Notes: generated by a model not told the origin, from the sequence alone. Counted from the first letter of the stretch, positions 17,923-28,120 are shown. The stretch is DNA of 64,000 nucleotides from an uncultured Candidatus Rokubacteria bacterium (GCA_963762145.1 CAVXJS010000009.1:288001-352000); one strand, 5' to 3'. Translations and numbers: made by a program.

Positions 17923-20235
17923 CTGACCGCCGTCCTGCTGCTCTACGCGCTCACGCTCTTCGCGGGCGCCACGCTCCTGTTCATGATGCAGCCGATGGTG
18001 GGCAAGATGATCCTGCCGCTGCTCGGCGGCACGCCCGCGGTGTGGAGCACCTGCATGGTGTTCTTCCAGGCCGCCCTCCTCGGCGGCTACGCCTACGCGC
18101 ACGCGAGCAGCGCGCGCCTGCGGCCTTCGCGCCAGGCGCTCCTGCATCTGATCGTCCTCGCGCTGCCCCTGGCCGTGCTGCCCCTCGGCGTGAACCCGCG
18201 CCTGCTGCGCGGCGGCGAGGCCAATCCGGTGCTCGACGTGCTCACGCTCCTGTCGGTCTCGGTGGGCCTGCCGTTCCTGGTGGTGAGCGCGACCGCGCCG
18301 CTGCTCCAGCAGTGGTTCTCCCGGACCGGGCACCCGGCCGCGCGCGATCCCTACTTCCTCTACGCGGCCAGCAATCTCGGCAGCATGCTCGCGCTGCTCG
18401 GCTACCCCACCCTCGTCGAGCCGCGCCTGCCGCTGCAGGGCCCGAGCTGGCTCACCCAGACCGCCCTGTGGAGCGTGGGCTACGGGATCCTCGCGGTGCT
18501 CATCGCGCTCTGCGCGCTGGCCCTCTGGTGGAAGCCGGCCGCCGCGGGGGCCGGGGCCTCCGTGGCCCTCGACGAGGCGGCCGCCGAGCCGGGGCCTGGG
18601 GCGCGGCGCCGGCTGCACTGGATCGCGCTGGCCTTCGTGCCCTCGAGCCTCCTGCTCGGCGCGACCACCTACATCACCACCGACCTGGCCGCGGTGCCGC
18701 TCCTGTGGGTCCTGCCGCTCGCGATCTACCTGCTCACCTTCATCCTCGCCTTCGGCCGCTGGCCCCGGGTGCTCCAGCGCATCGTCGTCGCGATCACCCT
18801 GCCCCTCGTCCTCGTGGTGATCTTCCTGATGGTCGCGGCGACGCCGGAGCGCATCTGGGTCACGGTGCTCTGGCATTTCGGCGTGCTCTTCGTGATCGCG
18901 CTCGGCTGCCACGGCGCGCTCGCCCTCGACCGACCCGCCCCGCGCCACCTGACCGAGTTCTACCTGCTGATCTCGGTCGGCGGCGTGCTGGGCGGCCTCT
19001 TCAACGCCCTGCTCGCCCCGCTGATCTTCTCCTCGCTGATCGAGTACCCGCTCGTGATGGTGCTGGCCTGCGTGCTCCTCCGCGCCGATCGCGGTGACGC
19101 GGGGCTCGGTCTGGGGACGGGTGCGTGGCGGGCCGCGGTCGCGGTGCTGGTGATCGCGGCCTTCGCCCTCGTGCTCTACTCGGAGACGGCCACGCTCCGG
19201 GTGGACTTCTCGTTCCTCGCCCGAATTTTGAAGTGGAGCGGGGGCCGGGTCGGCGCGTGGCTCGATCCGGTCGAGCGGTCGCTGAACCAAGGCCTGATCT
19301 ACGCGCCGCCGCTGCTGCTCGTGTGGCTCCTGCGCCGCCGGCCGCTCCACCTCGGAGTGACGCTGGCCGCGGTGCTCCTGGTGGCCGGCTTCGTGGACGC
19401 GCGCAAGAACGACCAGATCCGCGAGAGCCGCTCCTTCTTCGGCGTGCTCCGCATCTCGCGCGACCGCGACCCCAAGGGCTACACCGAGCTGCGCCACGGC
19501 ACCACGCTGCACGGGCGGCAGAGCCTCGAGCCCTCGCGGCGCGCGGAGCCGCTCTCCTACTACCAGCGGACCGGCCCCATCGGCCAGCTCTTCACCGAGC
19601 TCGACGGCCGGCCCGGAGCGATCCGGATGGCGGTGATCGGCCTCGGCACCGGCACGCTCGCCGCCTACGCGCGGCCCGGCGATCGGGTGACCTTCTACGA
19701 GATCGATCGCCTCGTGCGCGACGTGGCCTTCGATCCCCGCTACTTCACGTACGCGACGGACGCGCGCGACCGGGCCGCGAGCCTGCGCATGGAGCTGGGC
19801 GACGCGCGCATCCGCATGGAGGCGGTGCGCCGGGAGCGGCCCGAGGAGCGCTACGACGTGATCCTGGTGGACGCCTTCACCTCGGACGCGATCCCGGTGC
19901 ATCTCCTCACCCGGGAAGCCCTGCGGCTCTACTTCGAGATGCTGGGGCCGCGCGGCATCATCGCGCTGCACATCTCTAACCGCTACCTGCGGCTCGAGCC
20001 GGTGGTCGCCAACCTGGCGGAGGACCGCGGCTACGCGCGGCTCCTCCAGCACGGCGACTCCGGCAAGGTGCGCGGCGGGGTGGAGGCGAGCTGGGTAATC
20101 CTGGCCCGGCGGCCGGAAGACTTCGGCGAGCTCGCGTCGGACTCGCGGTGGACGACGGCGTCCCTCGATCCGGAGCCCGCGGTCGGCACCTGGACCGACG
20201 ACTTCCACAACGTGCTGTCGGTCTTCAAGTGGTGA
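17923..20235 (+). CDS. fused membrane/spermidine synthase-like protein
   Basis: LLGGTPAVWSTCMVFFQ, HGTTLHG, GLGTGTLAAY, VDAFTSDAIPVHLLT, WTDDF; probable CTG start after RBS GGGAGG. Confidence 0.88.
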   Translation: MTAVLLLYALTLFAGATLLFMMQPMVGKMILPLLGGTPAVWSTCMVFFQAALLGGYAYAHASSARLRPSRQALLHLIVLALPLAVLPLGVNPRLLRGGEANPVLDVLTLLSVSVGLPFLVVSATAPLLQQWFSRTGHPAARDPYFLYAASNLGSMLALLGYPTLVEPRLPLQGPSWLTQTALWSVGYGILAVLIALCALALWWKPAAAGAGASVALDEAAAEPGPGARRRLHWIALAFVPSSLLLGATTYITTDLAAVPLLWVLPLAIYLLTFILAFGRWPRVLQRIVVAITLPLVLVVIFLMVAATPERIWVTVLWHFGVLFVIALGCHGALALDRPAPRHLTEFYLLISVGGVLGGLFNALLAPLIFSSLIEYPLVMVLACVLLRADRGDAGLGLGTGAWRAAVAVLVIAAFALVLYSETATLRVDFSFLARILKWSGGRVGAWLDPVERSLNQGLIYAPPLLLVWLLRRRPLHLGVTLAAVLLVAGFVDARKNDQIRESRSFFGVLRISRDRDPKGYTELRHGTTLHGRQSLEPSRRAEPLSYYQRTGPIGQLFTELDGRPGAIRMAVIGLGTGTLAAYARPGDRVTFYEIDRLVRDVAFDPRYFTYATDARDRAASLRMELGDARIRMEAVRRERPEERYDVILVDAFTSDAIPVHLLTREALRLYFEMLGPRGIIALHISNRYLRLEPVVANLAEDRGYARLLQHGDSGKVRGGVEASWVILARRPEDFGELASDSRWTTASLDPEPAVGTWTDDFHNVLSVFKW

Positions 20236-21838
20236 GGATGCGCCGCCGCCGGCGCAGGATCTCGCGCGCCGCGTTCCACCCGGGCGAGCCCATCACCCCG
20301 CCGCCCGGGTGCGCGGCCGCCCCGCACAGGTAGAGACCCGCCACCGGCGTGCGGTAGCCCGCGTGCCCCGGCACCGGGCGCAGCGAGAAGAGCTGGCCCG
20401 GCGTCATCGCGCCCTGGAAGATGTTGCCGCCGGTGAGGCCGAATACCCGCTCGATGTCGAGCGGGGTCAGCACCTGGCGCGCCAGCACCGAGCGGCTGAA
20501 GTTGGGCGCGTACTCGTCGAGCAGCGCGAAGCACCGGTCGGCGAAGGCCTCGCCGATCTGGTCCCAGCTCGTCCCCCGGAGCGCATAGGGCGCGTACTGC
20601 ACGAAGATGGACATGAGGTGGCGGCCGGCCGGCGCCACGGTCTCATCCACCACCGAGGGGATCGTGCACTCGAGCACCGGCCGCTCCGAGGGGCGGCCGT
20701 ACTTCGCGTCGTCGTACGCGCGCTCGATGTAGTCGAGATCGGGGCAGATGTGGATCGTGCCGCGGTGCTGGGGCCCGGGCGCGGTGCCGGGACACGCGGT
20801 GAAGCTCGGCAGCTCGCCGAGCGCCACGTTGATCTTGAGCGAGGCGCTCTCGTAGGAGATGCGCGACACCGCGTCGAGGAAGTCGGACGGCAGCGTGTCG
20901 GGGGCGAGCAGGCGCCGGAAGGTCACGTTGGCGTCGGCATTGCTCGCCACGATCCGGGCGTGGCACTCCTCGCCGCTCTCGAGGACCACGCCGGTCACCC
21001 GCGCGTCGCGCACCGCGATGCGGGCCACCGGCGCCTCGCAGCGGATCTCGACGCCCAGGTCGCGCGCGGCGCGCGCGAGGGCCTGGGTGAGCCCGCCCAT
21101 GCCGCCGCGGACGTACCCCCACACGCCGCGGCGGCCGTCGGTCTCGCCCATGACGTGGTGGAAGAGCACGTAGCCGGTGCCCGGCATGGACGGGCTCGCC
21201 ATCGCGCCGATGATCGCGTCGGTGGCCAGCGTGGACTTGAGCTCGGTGGACTCGAACCAGCGGTCGAGGATCGTTCGCGCGGGCCCGGTGAGCAGCTCGA
21301 CCGCCTCCGAGGCGCCGTCGCCGAGCCGGGCGAACGAGCGGCCGAGCCCCAGGAGCTGCAGGAGCCCGCGCGGGCCGGGCCGCAGCAGATCGGGCGGCGT
21401 CACGTCGAGCGTGGGCTCGACGAGCGCGGCCACCCGCTCGAGCATCGCCTCGTACTCCGGATACCGCGCCGCGTCGCGCGCGCTGAACTTGGCGATCTCC
21501 GCGCGGTTCAGCCCCGCGTCCGGGCCCAGAGTGAGCGAGCGGCCGTCGGGTAGCGGCGTGAACGACGAGGGGCTGCGCGGGAGCACCTCGAAGCCGTAGT
21601 CGCGTAGCCGGAGGTCGCGGACGATCTCCTTGCGGAAGAGGCTGTTGACGTAGGCGGCGGTCGAGACCTTGAAGCCGGGGAAGGTCTCCTCGGTGACGCA
21701 CGCGCCGCCCACCAGGTACCGCCGCTCCAGCACCAGCACGCGCAGCCCGGCGCGCGCCAGGTAGCACGCGGCGACGAGGCCATTGTGCCCCGCCCCGATC
21801 ACGATCGCGTCGTGGGCGCGGCCTCCGGCCCCGGTCAC
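20225..21838 (-). CDS. phytoene dehydrogenase-like FAD oxidoreductase
   Basis: GAGHNGLV, GGMGGL, GGNIFQG, YLCGAAAHPGGGV. Confidence 0.88.
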   Translation of the reverse strand: MTGAGGRAHDAIVIGAGHNGLVAACYLARAGLRVLVLERRYLVGGACVTEETFPGFKVSTAAYVNSLFRKEIVRDLRLRDYGFEVLPRSPSSFTPLPDGRSLTLGPDAGLNRAEIAKFSARDAARYPEYEAMLERVAALVEPTLDVTPPDLLRPGPRGLLQLLGLGRSFARLGDGASEAVELLTGPARTILDRWFESTELKSTLATDAIIGAMASPSMPGTGYVLFHHVMGETDGRRGVWGYVRGGMGGLTQALARAARDLGVEIRCEAPVARIAVRDARVTGVVLESGEECHARIVASNADANVTFRRLLAPDTLPSDFLDAVSRISYESASLKINVALGELPSFTACPGTAPGPQHRGTIHICPDLDYIERAYDDAKYGRPSERPVLECTIPSVVDETVAPAGRHLMSIFVQYAPYALRGTSWDQIGEAFADRCFALLDEYAPNFSRSVLARQVLTPLDIERVFGLTGGNIFQGAMTPGQLFSLRPVPGHAGYRTPVAGLYLCGAAAHPGGGVMGSPGWNAAREILRRRRRILTT

Positions 21839-22821
21839 TCGACCACCTGATCCGCGCGGAGCACCAGCGTCGGCGGCATCGTCAGACCCAGGGTCTTCGC
21901 GGTCTTGAGGTTGACGACCAGCTCGTACTTGGTCGGCTGCTCGATCGGCAGGTCGCCGGGCTTCGCGCCCTTCAGGATGCGATCCACGTAGACCGGCACC
22001 CGCTGCCCCCAGAGCTCGACGATGTTCGGTCCGTACGCCATGAGGCCCCCCGACTCCGCCACCTCCCGGAAGGGCGCCACCAGGGGAAGCCGGTGCTTGA
22101 TCGCCAGATCCGCGATGCGGCGACGCTCCGAGAAGAAGGTCGAGCTCGAGAGCACGAGGAGCGCGTCGGCGCCGTCTCGCTTCAGGGTCTCGACCGCGCC
22201 GTCGTACTGCGCGGTCTCCTGCACCTCGACCACGTGCGACTGGAGGCCCAGGGAGCGCGCGGCCGCCTCGGCCGCCCGGACCTGGCCCACGCCGCCGGGC
22301 CGAGGCCAGGCGAGCACCCCCACGCGGCGCATCCCGGGGAGCACCTCCCGGAGGAGCTGGAGGCGCTTGCCGGCCAGCTCGGGCGCGTGGAGCGTCATCC
22401 CGGTGAGGTTGCCGCCGGGCCGCGCGAGGCTCGCCACCCAGCCCTCCTCGACCGGATCGTCCACCGCGAACGTCATGATCGTCGGGATCGTGCGCGTGGC
22501 CGCCCGGGCCGCCGGGATCGCGAGGCTGCTCACCAGGATGACGTCGACCTTGAGGCCGACGAGCTCGGCGGCCAGCTCGGGCAGGCGGGAGAGATCACCG
22601 TGCGCGTAGCGCTGCTCGATGATCAGGTTCTGCCCCGGCACCCAGCCCAGGCTGCGGATCGCGGGGACGAACACCGCGGCCCCGGTGCTCGGGCTCCCCG
22701 GGAAGAGCAACCCCGCGCGGTACACCCGCCCCTTGGGCTGGGCCGCGACGATGCGCGCCCGGGCCAGGGCGGTCCCCACGATCGCGCCGATGAAGGCCCG
22801 CCGGTTCATTGCCCGCTTCAT
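21835..22821 (-). CDS. ABC transporter substrate-binding protein (ABC_sub_bind family)
   Basis: RRAF signal, SLARPGGNLTG, PIEQPTKYELVVNLKTAK. Confidence 0.9.
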   Translation of the reverse strand: MKRAMNRRAFIGAIVGTALARARIVAAQPKGRVYRAGLLFPGSPSTGAAVFVPAIRSLGWVPGQNLIIEQRYAHGDLSRLPELAAELVGLKVDVILVSSLAIPAARAATRTIPTIMTFAVDDPVEEGWVASLARPGGNLTGMTLHAPELAGKRLQLLREVLPGMRRVGVLAWPRPGGVGQVRAAEAAARSLGLQSHVVEVQETAQYDGAVETLKRDGADALLVLSSSTFFSERRRIADLAIKHRLPLVAPFREVAESGGLMAYGPNIVELWGQRVPVYVDRILKGAKPGDLPIEQPTKYELVVNLKTAKTLGLTMPPTLVLRADQVVE

Positions 22822-22859
22822 TGCGTGATCCGCCGCGATCCGCTACTGTCACGGGCGCC

Positions 22860-23330
22860 ATGATCTTCGAGCCGGTGACGCCGCGCCTCGAGCGCCTGTG
22901 CCGCGCAACGGTGGAGATCGCCGCGCCCCTCGTGATCGGCGACACGCCGCCCGGCGTGCGGCGCATCATCCCGATCACCGGCGGGCGGGTCGAGGGCCCG
23001 CGCCTCTCCGGCGAGGTATTGCCCGGGGGCGCGGACTGGCAGATCGTGCGGGCCGACGGCGGCGCGGAGCTCGAGGCGCGCTACACCGTGCGCACGCCCG
23101 ACGGCGCGCTCGTGTACGTGCGGAACGTCGGGCTCCGTTGCGGGCCGCCCGACGTGCTCGCGCGGCTCGGACGCGGGGAGACGGTGGATCCGGCGTCCTA
23201 CTACTTCCGCACCACGCCCCGCTTCGAGACCGGGGCTCCGGCCCACGCCTGGCTCAACGACGTGATCGCGGTGGGCTCGGCGGTGCGGCGGGCCGACGCG
23301 GTGATCCTGGACTTCTACGTGGTCGCCTAG
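22860..23330 (+). CDS. DUF3237 family protein
   Basis: RRIIPITGG, GGADWQ, YYFRTTPRFET, WLN. Confidence 0.88.
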   Translation: MIFEPVTPRLERLCRATVEIAAPLVIGDTPPGVRRIIPITGGRVEGPRLSGEVLPGGADWQIVRADGGAELEARYTVRTPDGALVYVRNVGLRCGPPDVLARLGRGETVDPASYYFRTTPRFETGAPAHAWLNDVIAVGSAVRRADAVILDFYVVA

Positions 23331-23359
23331 CCGGCCGGACACCGCAGCGGCGGCCGCGG

Positions 23360-24370
23360 CTAGCGGATCACGCGCCCCGCGCGGCCCACCATCGCCGACG
23401 GGATGGTGATCCCCAGCGCGGCCGCGGTCTTCAGGTTGACCGCCAGCTCGAATCGGGTGGGCCGCTCGACGGGAAGCTCGGCGGGCTGAGCGCCCTTGAG
23501 GATCTTGTCCACGTACGCGGCGACGCGGGTGTTGACGTCGGCCAGGCTCGGGCCGTAGGAGAGCAGGCCGCCCGCCTCCACGATCTCCGGCCACTCGTAC
23601 ATGGCGGGCAGCCGGTGGGTGGCGGCGAGCTGCAGGATCCGCTCCCGGTTGCTCGAGAGGATCGGATCGGCGGTCACGAAGAGTGCCCGAGCCCCGGCCC
23701 GCGTGACGGTCGCGAAGGCGTCCGGATACTGCTCGGGGAGGCGCGCGTCGGCCACGTGGATCTCCAGGGCCATGGTCCGCGCGGCCATCTCGGTCTCGCG
23801 GGCCTCCGCCGCGCTGCTCGGATTGCGGAGGTTGGCGAGCACCGCGACCCGGCGGAGGCCGGGCAGGCACTCGCGAAGCACCTCGAGCCGCTTCCCGGCG
23901 AGCTCGGGGAGGAAGGTGGTCACGCCGGTCACGTTGCTGCCCGGCCGGGCGAGGCTGGTCACGAACAGGCCCGCGACCGGGTCGGTGCCGCTCACCATCA
24001 CGATGGGAATGGTGGACGTCGCGTTCTCCGCCGCCCGGATCGCGGGCGAGGACACCGCGACGATCAGGTCCACGCCGGTTCGCACCAGGTCGGCGGCGAG
24101 ATCGGGCAGCCGCTCAAAATCCTCGTTGGCCCCGCGAATCTCGAACCGGACGTCACGCCCTTCCACGTAGCCCAGGTCGCGCAGACGCTGCCGCAGCTCG
24201 GTCATGCCTCCGCGGGCCGACACCGACGAGGGGGTGAGATAGCCCACCCGGGCGACGCGCTTGGCCGGGGCCTGAGCGGGCACCGCCCGCGGGAGGAGCA
24301 GGGCCCCGGCGGCGCCCATCGTCACGGTGACGAACGCGCGCCGGTCCGTCGCCCTCGTGGCCATGGTCAT
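23360..24370 (-). CDS. ABC transporter substrate-binding protein (ABC_sub_bind family)
   Basis: SLARPGSNVTG, GGLLSYGP, ELAVNLKTA. Confidence 0.9.
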   Translation of the reverse strand: MTMATRATDRRAFVTVTMGAAGALLLPRAVPAQAPAKRVARVGYLTPSSVSARGGMTELRQRLRDLGYVEGRDVRFEIRGANEDFERLPDLAADLVRTGVDLIVAVSSPAIRAAENATSTIPIVMVSGTDPVAGLFVTSLARPGSNVTGVTTFLPELAGKRLEVLRECLPGLRRVAVLANLRNPSSAAEARETEMAARTMALEIHVADARLPEQYPDAFATVTRAGARALFVTADPILSSNRERILQLAATHRLPAMYEWPEIVEAGGLLSYGPSLADVNTRVAAYVDKILKGAQPAELPVERPTRFELAVNLKTAAALGITIPSAMVGRAGRVIR

Positions 24371-24438
24371 TGGAGTCTCTCGCTCTCCCGTCGTAGAATA
24401 GCTCGATCCGGGACCACGTCAACAGCCGCGGGGGCACC

Positions 24439-24816
24439 ATGGGACGAGCGCGTATCCTGGTCATCGACGACGAGCGCGCGGTGCGAGATCTGATCTCGGA
24501 CGCGCTGAAGATCGAAGGTCACGACGTCCTGACCGCCAGCGACGGGAAGGAAGGTCTCGACCTCATCGGCCAGCACCGCTTCGACCTCGTCTTCTGCGAT
24601 CTGCGCATGCCCGAGATGGACGGCCAGGCGCTCTACGAGGAGGTCCAGCGGGATCACCCGCAGGTGCTCAAGCGGATCGTCTTCGTGACCGCCCAGGCCA
24701 ACTCGTCGGACTACGGGCCCTTCCTGCGCACGACCGGGATCCCGGTCATCGAGAAGCCCTTCACCCTGAGCCAGCTCCGGCAGGCGGTCACCAAGATGGT
24801 GGGGCCGACGCGGTAG
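24439..24816 (+). CDS. single-domain response regulator
   Basis: ILVIDDE, DLRMPEMDG, IEKPF. Confidence 0.9.
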   Translation: MGRARILVIDDERAVRDLISDALKIEGHDVLTASDGKEGLDLIGQHRFDLVFCDLRMPEMDGQALYEEVQRDHPQVLKRIVFVTAQANSSDYGPFLRTTGIPVIEKPFTLSQLRQAVTKMVGPTR

Positions 24817-24830
24817 CGGCACCCGCGCGG

Positions 24831-25847
24831 TCAGTCCTGGCCGAGCGACTTCAGGAAGTCGGCGTTGGTCGCGGTGAGCTTGAGACGGCCCAGCAGCGCT
24901 TCCATCGCCTCCTGCGGCTTGGTGCCGGACAGCGCGCGCCGCAGCATGTGGATCTTCTTCATGTCTTCCTCGGAGAACAGCAGCTCCTCGCGCCGCGTCC
25001 CCGACCGCATCAGATCGAACGAGGGGAAGATCCGCCGGTCGGCCAGCTCGCGCGAGAGGTAGAGCTCCATGTTGCCGGTGCCCTTGAACTCCTCGAAGAT
25101 GATCTGGTCCATCCGGGAGCCGGTATCCACCAGCACGGTCCCGATGATCGTGAGCGAGCCGCCCTCCTCGATCTTGCGCGCCGCCCCGAAGAACGCGCGC
25201 GGCATCTGGAACGCGCGGCTGTCGATGCCGCCCGACATCGTGCGCCCGCGCGAGGAGAGCTCGTTGTTGTAGGCGCGGGTCATCCGGGTCAGCGAGTCGA
25301 AGAGGATCAGCACGTCCCGCTTCTCCTCGACGATCCGCTTCGCCTTGTCGATGCACTGCTCGGTGACCTCGATGTGCCGCCGGTAGGGATTGTCGTTGCT
25401 CGAGGCGACGATCTCGGCCTGCTTGCCGATCTGCATCTTGAAGTCGGTGACTTCCTCGGGCCGCTCGTCCACCAGGAGCACCATCACCACCACCTCGGGA
25501 TGGTTGGCGAGCACCGACTTGGCGATCTTCTGGAGCAGCATGGTCTTGCCGGTGCGGGGCGGGGCCACGATCAGGCCGCGCTGCCCTCGGCCGATCGGCG
25601 CGATCATGTCCAGCGCGCGCATCGAGAGCTCGTCCCGGGTGAGCTCCAGCTTCATCTTCTCGTACGGCTGGACCGCGGTGAGGCCTTCGAAGATCGACGG
25701 GGTGGGCGGCCGTGGAGCGGAGCGTGGCGGCATCGGGCCACGCGGCCCCTGACCTTGTCCTCCGCCCTGGCCCTGCCCTTGTCCCTGGCCCTGACCCTGC
25801 GGCGGTCGGTTCCCGGAGTGGCGGCGGTGGCGGGATCGCCTACTCAA
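24831..25847 (-). CDS. rho: transcription termination factor Rho, short form lacking the N-terminal RNA-binding domain
   Basis: PIGRGQRGLIVAPPRTGKT, DERPEEVT, DSLTR, FEEFKGTGNME, SGTRREELL; TTG start. Confidence 0.9.
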   Translation of the reverse strand: MSRRSRHRRHSGNRPPQGQGQGQGQGQGGGQGQGPRGPMPPRSAPRPPTPSIFEGLTAVQPYEKMKLELTRDELSMRALDMIAPIGRGQRGLIVAPPRTGKTMLLQKIAKSVLANHPEVVVMVLLVDERPEEVTDFKMQIGKQAEIVASSNDNPYRRHIEVTEQCIDKAKRIVEEKRDVLILFDSLTRMTRAYNNELSSRGRTMSGGIDSRAFQMPRAFFGAARKIEEGGSLTIIGTVLVDTGSRMDQIIFEEFKGTGNMELYLSRELADRRIFPSFDLMRSGTRREELLFSEEDMKKIHMLRRALSGTKPQEAMEALLGRLKLTATNADFLKSLGQD

Positions 25848-26129
25848 GTGGGATGCTCATTGGCGCAAACCCTTTCCGTCACCAACATTAGAGGTGAACC
25901 GTCACGCAAGGTCGCTCGGCGCCGCGGTGCGGGGGCACGCGCGGGGGGCCCCGCTCCCGCGGGCCCATGACTGGCTCCAAGTGTACCGGAACGCGTTCTC
26001 CGCCACCAGAGAATCGGGGCCCCCGCGTTCCGGGGTGTTCTTACCGGGTCGTTCGTTCCAGAACCCGGGGCGGCCAGGCCTCGGGTCCGTCCGCCACTGC
26101 CTGGAGAAGAGGTTGCGGCGCGAGACTCG

Positions 26130-26145
26130 CGGCACGTGGCTTGCT
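26130..26145 (+). promoter_or_regulatory. sigma-54 promoter
   Basis: CGGCAC-GTGGC-TTGCT, 12 nt before ATG 26158. Confidence 0.7.
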
Positions 26146-26157
26146 CCGTCTCGTGAC

Positions 26158-27087
26158 ATGCCCTCGCGCTGGCGGTCGGTCTGCATCGTCATGACACCCG
26201 GCTCCGGCGAGGGCCGGGCGCGCGGCGTCGCGCGGCGGCTCGGCCGCCTTCTCCGCCGCCGGGGTGCAACGGTCAGCGTCCAGGCGTTCGACGACTTGCC
26301 CTCGCTCACGCGCTGGGCCCAGACCTGCGGGCCGGAGTTCGAGGCGATCTGCTGCGTCGGCGGCGACGCCACCCAGAGCGCCGCCGCGGTGCTGGCCCGG
26401 CGTCACCGGATCCCGTTCGTGCCGATCCCGACCGGCTTCGGCAATCTCTTCGCCGGCGTCTTCGGCTACCCGTCCTCGGCCCGCGGGGCGGCGCGGCTCC
26501 TGGACGAGGGCGAGGTCCGGCTGGTGGACGTGGGGCTCGTGGGCGACGAGCTCTTCCTGTCCCACAAGAGCTACGGGTTCCTCGACCAGGTCCAGGAGGC
26601 GGTGGAAGATGGCCGCCGCCAGCCGCGCGATCGCATCTGGCGCCTGCTCGCCTACTACGGCACCGCGGTCCGAGCGGTCTGGAGCACGCCGCTCCCCCCG
26701 CTCGGCGTCGAGGTGGATGGGGCGCTGGTGGCGGACCAGGCCGTGCTCGTCACGGTGGCCAACGTGGAGACCTACCGCGACTTCCTGAGCCTCACCCCCA
26801 CCGCCTCGCCCATCGACGGGCGCCTCGACGTGTTCGTGATCCCGCGGACCTCGAAGTGGGGCCTCGCGTGGCGCCTGATCCGCCTCAAGCTGCGCCTGCC
26901 CGGCCGCTGGACCGGCGTGTCGATCTACCGCGGGCGCGAGGTGGTGGTCGTGAGCGCGGCCGGCCGCGAGACGCTACGGGTGGTGCGAGGGGTGCTTCCC
27001 CTGCTGCTGCCCCGGGGCGCGGTCGAGCAGCTCAAGCAGCGTCAGCGCGAGGGTGAGGAAGAGGTGCCGCTCGACACGGTGGCCTGA
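26158..27087 (+). CDS. diacylglycerol kinase family lipid kinase (YegS/BmrU-like)
   Basis: TPGSG, VGGDAT, IPTGFGNLFA, DGRLDV. Confidence 0.82.
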   Translation: MPSRWRSVCIVMTPGSGEGRARGVARRLGRLLRRRGATVSVQAFDDLPSLTRWAQTCGPEFEAICCVGGDATQSAAAVLARRHRIPFVPIPTGFGNLFAGVFGYPSSARGAARLLDEGEVRLVDVGLVGDELFLSHKSYGFLDQVQEAVEDGRRQPRDRIWRLLAYYGTAVRAVWSTPLPPLGVEVDGALVADQAVLVTVANVETYRDFLSLTPTASPIDGRLDVFVIPRTSKWGLAWRLIRLKLRLPGRWTGVSIYRGREVVVVSAAGRETLRVVRGVLPLLLPRGAVEQLKQRQREGEEEVPLDTVA

Positions 27088-28046
27088 GCGCCGGGGCGCT
27101 TGGTCCACCAGCCCATGGCCGCCAGCACGAGCATGCCGATCGCGATCCACACGAGCTGACGCGCCCGGCGCACGAAGCTGAAGGCGAGACCGGCGCCCGC
27201 TCCGAGCCCCATGGCCTCGAACGCAGCCGCGTTGGCGCTCTCGAAGGCGCCGAGGCTCGCGGGCACCAGGAAAGTGGCGAAGCGTACCCCCGCGCCGAGG
27301 GCCTCGATCACGGTGGCGGTCACGAGATCGGCGGGGATGCCCAGGAAGAAGAGGATCACGAAGGCCTCGACGGCTCCGAGCAGCCAGCCGGCCAGGTGAA
27401 AGGTGGTGGACCACGCGAGCCGCCGCCAGTCGCGCCGGTAATAGTCGCGCAGGGCGACGTCGAGCCGCTGGGCGTAGTCGCCGGGCGTCACCACCCCGAA
27501 CCACTCGAGCAGCCGGCCCGCGCGTCCCACGATCCCCGCGACCTGGACCCCGACGAAGCCGGCCACCGCCGCCACCTCGACGACGAGCAGCCAGAGCATC
27601 GCCCCGATCAGGCGCGAGTCGGTGGCGAGCATGGTCCAGGCGAGCGCGATCCCGATCAGGAGGAAGAGGGCCTGCGCGATGGTGCTGGTGGTCTTGGCGA
27701 TCACCACCGAGGGCACGCTCTGCTCGTACGTGACGTCGCGGCGGATGAGCCATGCCTTCACGGCCTCGCCGCCCATCGAGCCGAGCGCGGTCACCAGGTT
27801 GAGGGCCTCGCCGGCCAGGCGCGCGCCGTAGAGACGGTGAAACGGCGCCGGGGCGCTCGGGAAGGCGAAGCGCCAGCCCAGGGTGTCCACCGCCATGATC
27901 GCCGCATAGGGCAGGCAGACCAGCACGAGCTGCCACCACGTGAGGCGGGCCAGTGCCTCGAGAATCGGGGCCGGGCCGATGTGGTACACCGACGCCGCGA
28001 TCGCCACGATCCCGAGCACCAGCAGGACGGCCTTCAGTCGGCGCAT
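27042..28046 (-). CDS. lysylphosphatidylglycerol-synthase TM/flippase-like (UPF0104) membrane protein
   Basis: GEALN...GGEAVK, VPASLGAFE, RRARQLVW. Confidence 0.82.
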   Translation of the reverse strand: MRRLKAVLLVLGIVAIAASVYHIGPAPILEALARLTWWQLVLVCLPYAAIMAVDTLGWRFAFPSAPAPFHRLYGARLAGEALNLVTALGSMGGEAVKAWLIRRDVTYEQSVPSVVIAKTTSTIAQALFLLIGIALAWTMLATDSRLIGAMLWLLVVEVAAVAGFVGVQVAGIVGRAGRLLEWFGVVTPGDYAQRLDVALRDYYRRDWRRLAWSTTFHLAGWLLGAVEAFVILFFLGIPADLVTATVIEALGAGVRFATFLVPASLGAFESANAAAFEAMGLGAGAGLAFSFVRRARQLVWIAIGMLVLAAMGWWTKRPGAQATVSSGTSSSPSR

Positions 28047-28059
28047 GCAGAAGAATGGT

Positions 28060-28074
28060 ACAACTTCCATGCCA
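28060..28074 (-). promoter_or_regulatory. sigma-54-like promoter
   Basis: Minus strand reads TGGCAT-GGAAG-TTGT. Confidence 0.55.
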
Positions 28075-28120
28075 CCCCGAGCCCCCACCGGAGACTGGAC
28101 CTCTGTGGCATGATCGAGAT

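Noticed and set aside
20225-21838. Carotenoid biosynthesis gene crtI
   Set aside because: No crtB or crtE is nearby; it fits the widespread phytoene-dehydrogenase-like oxidoreductases of unknown substrate.
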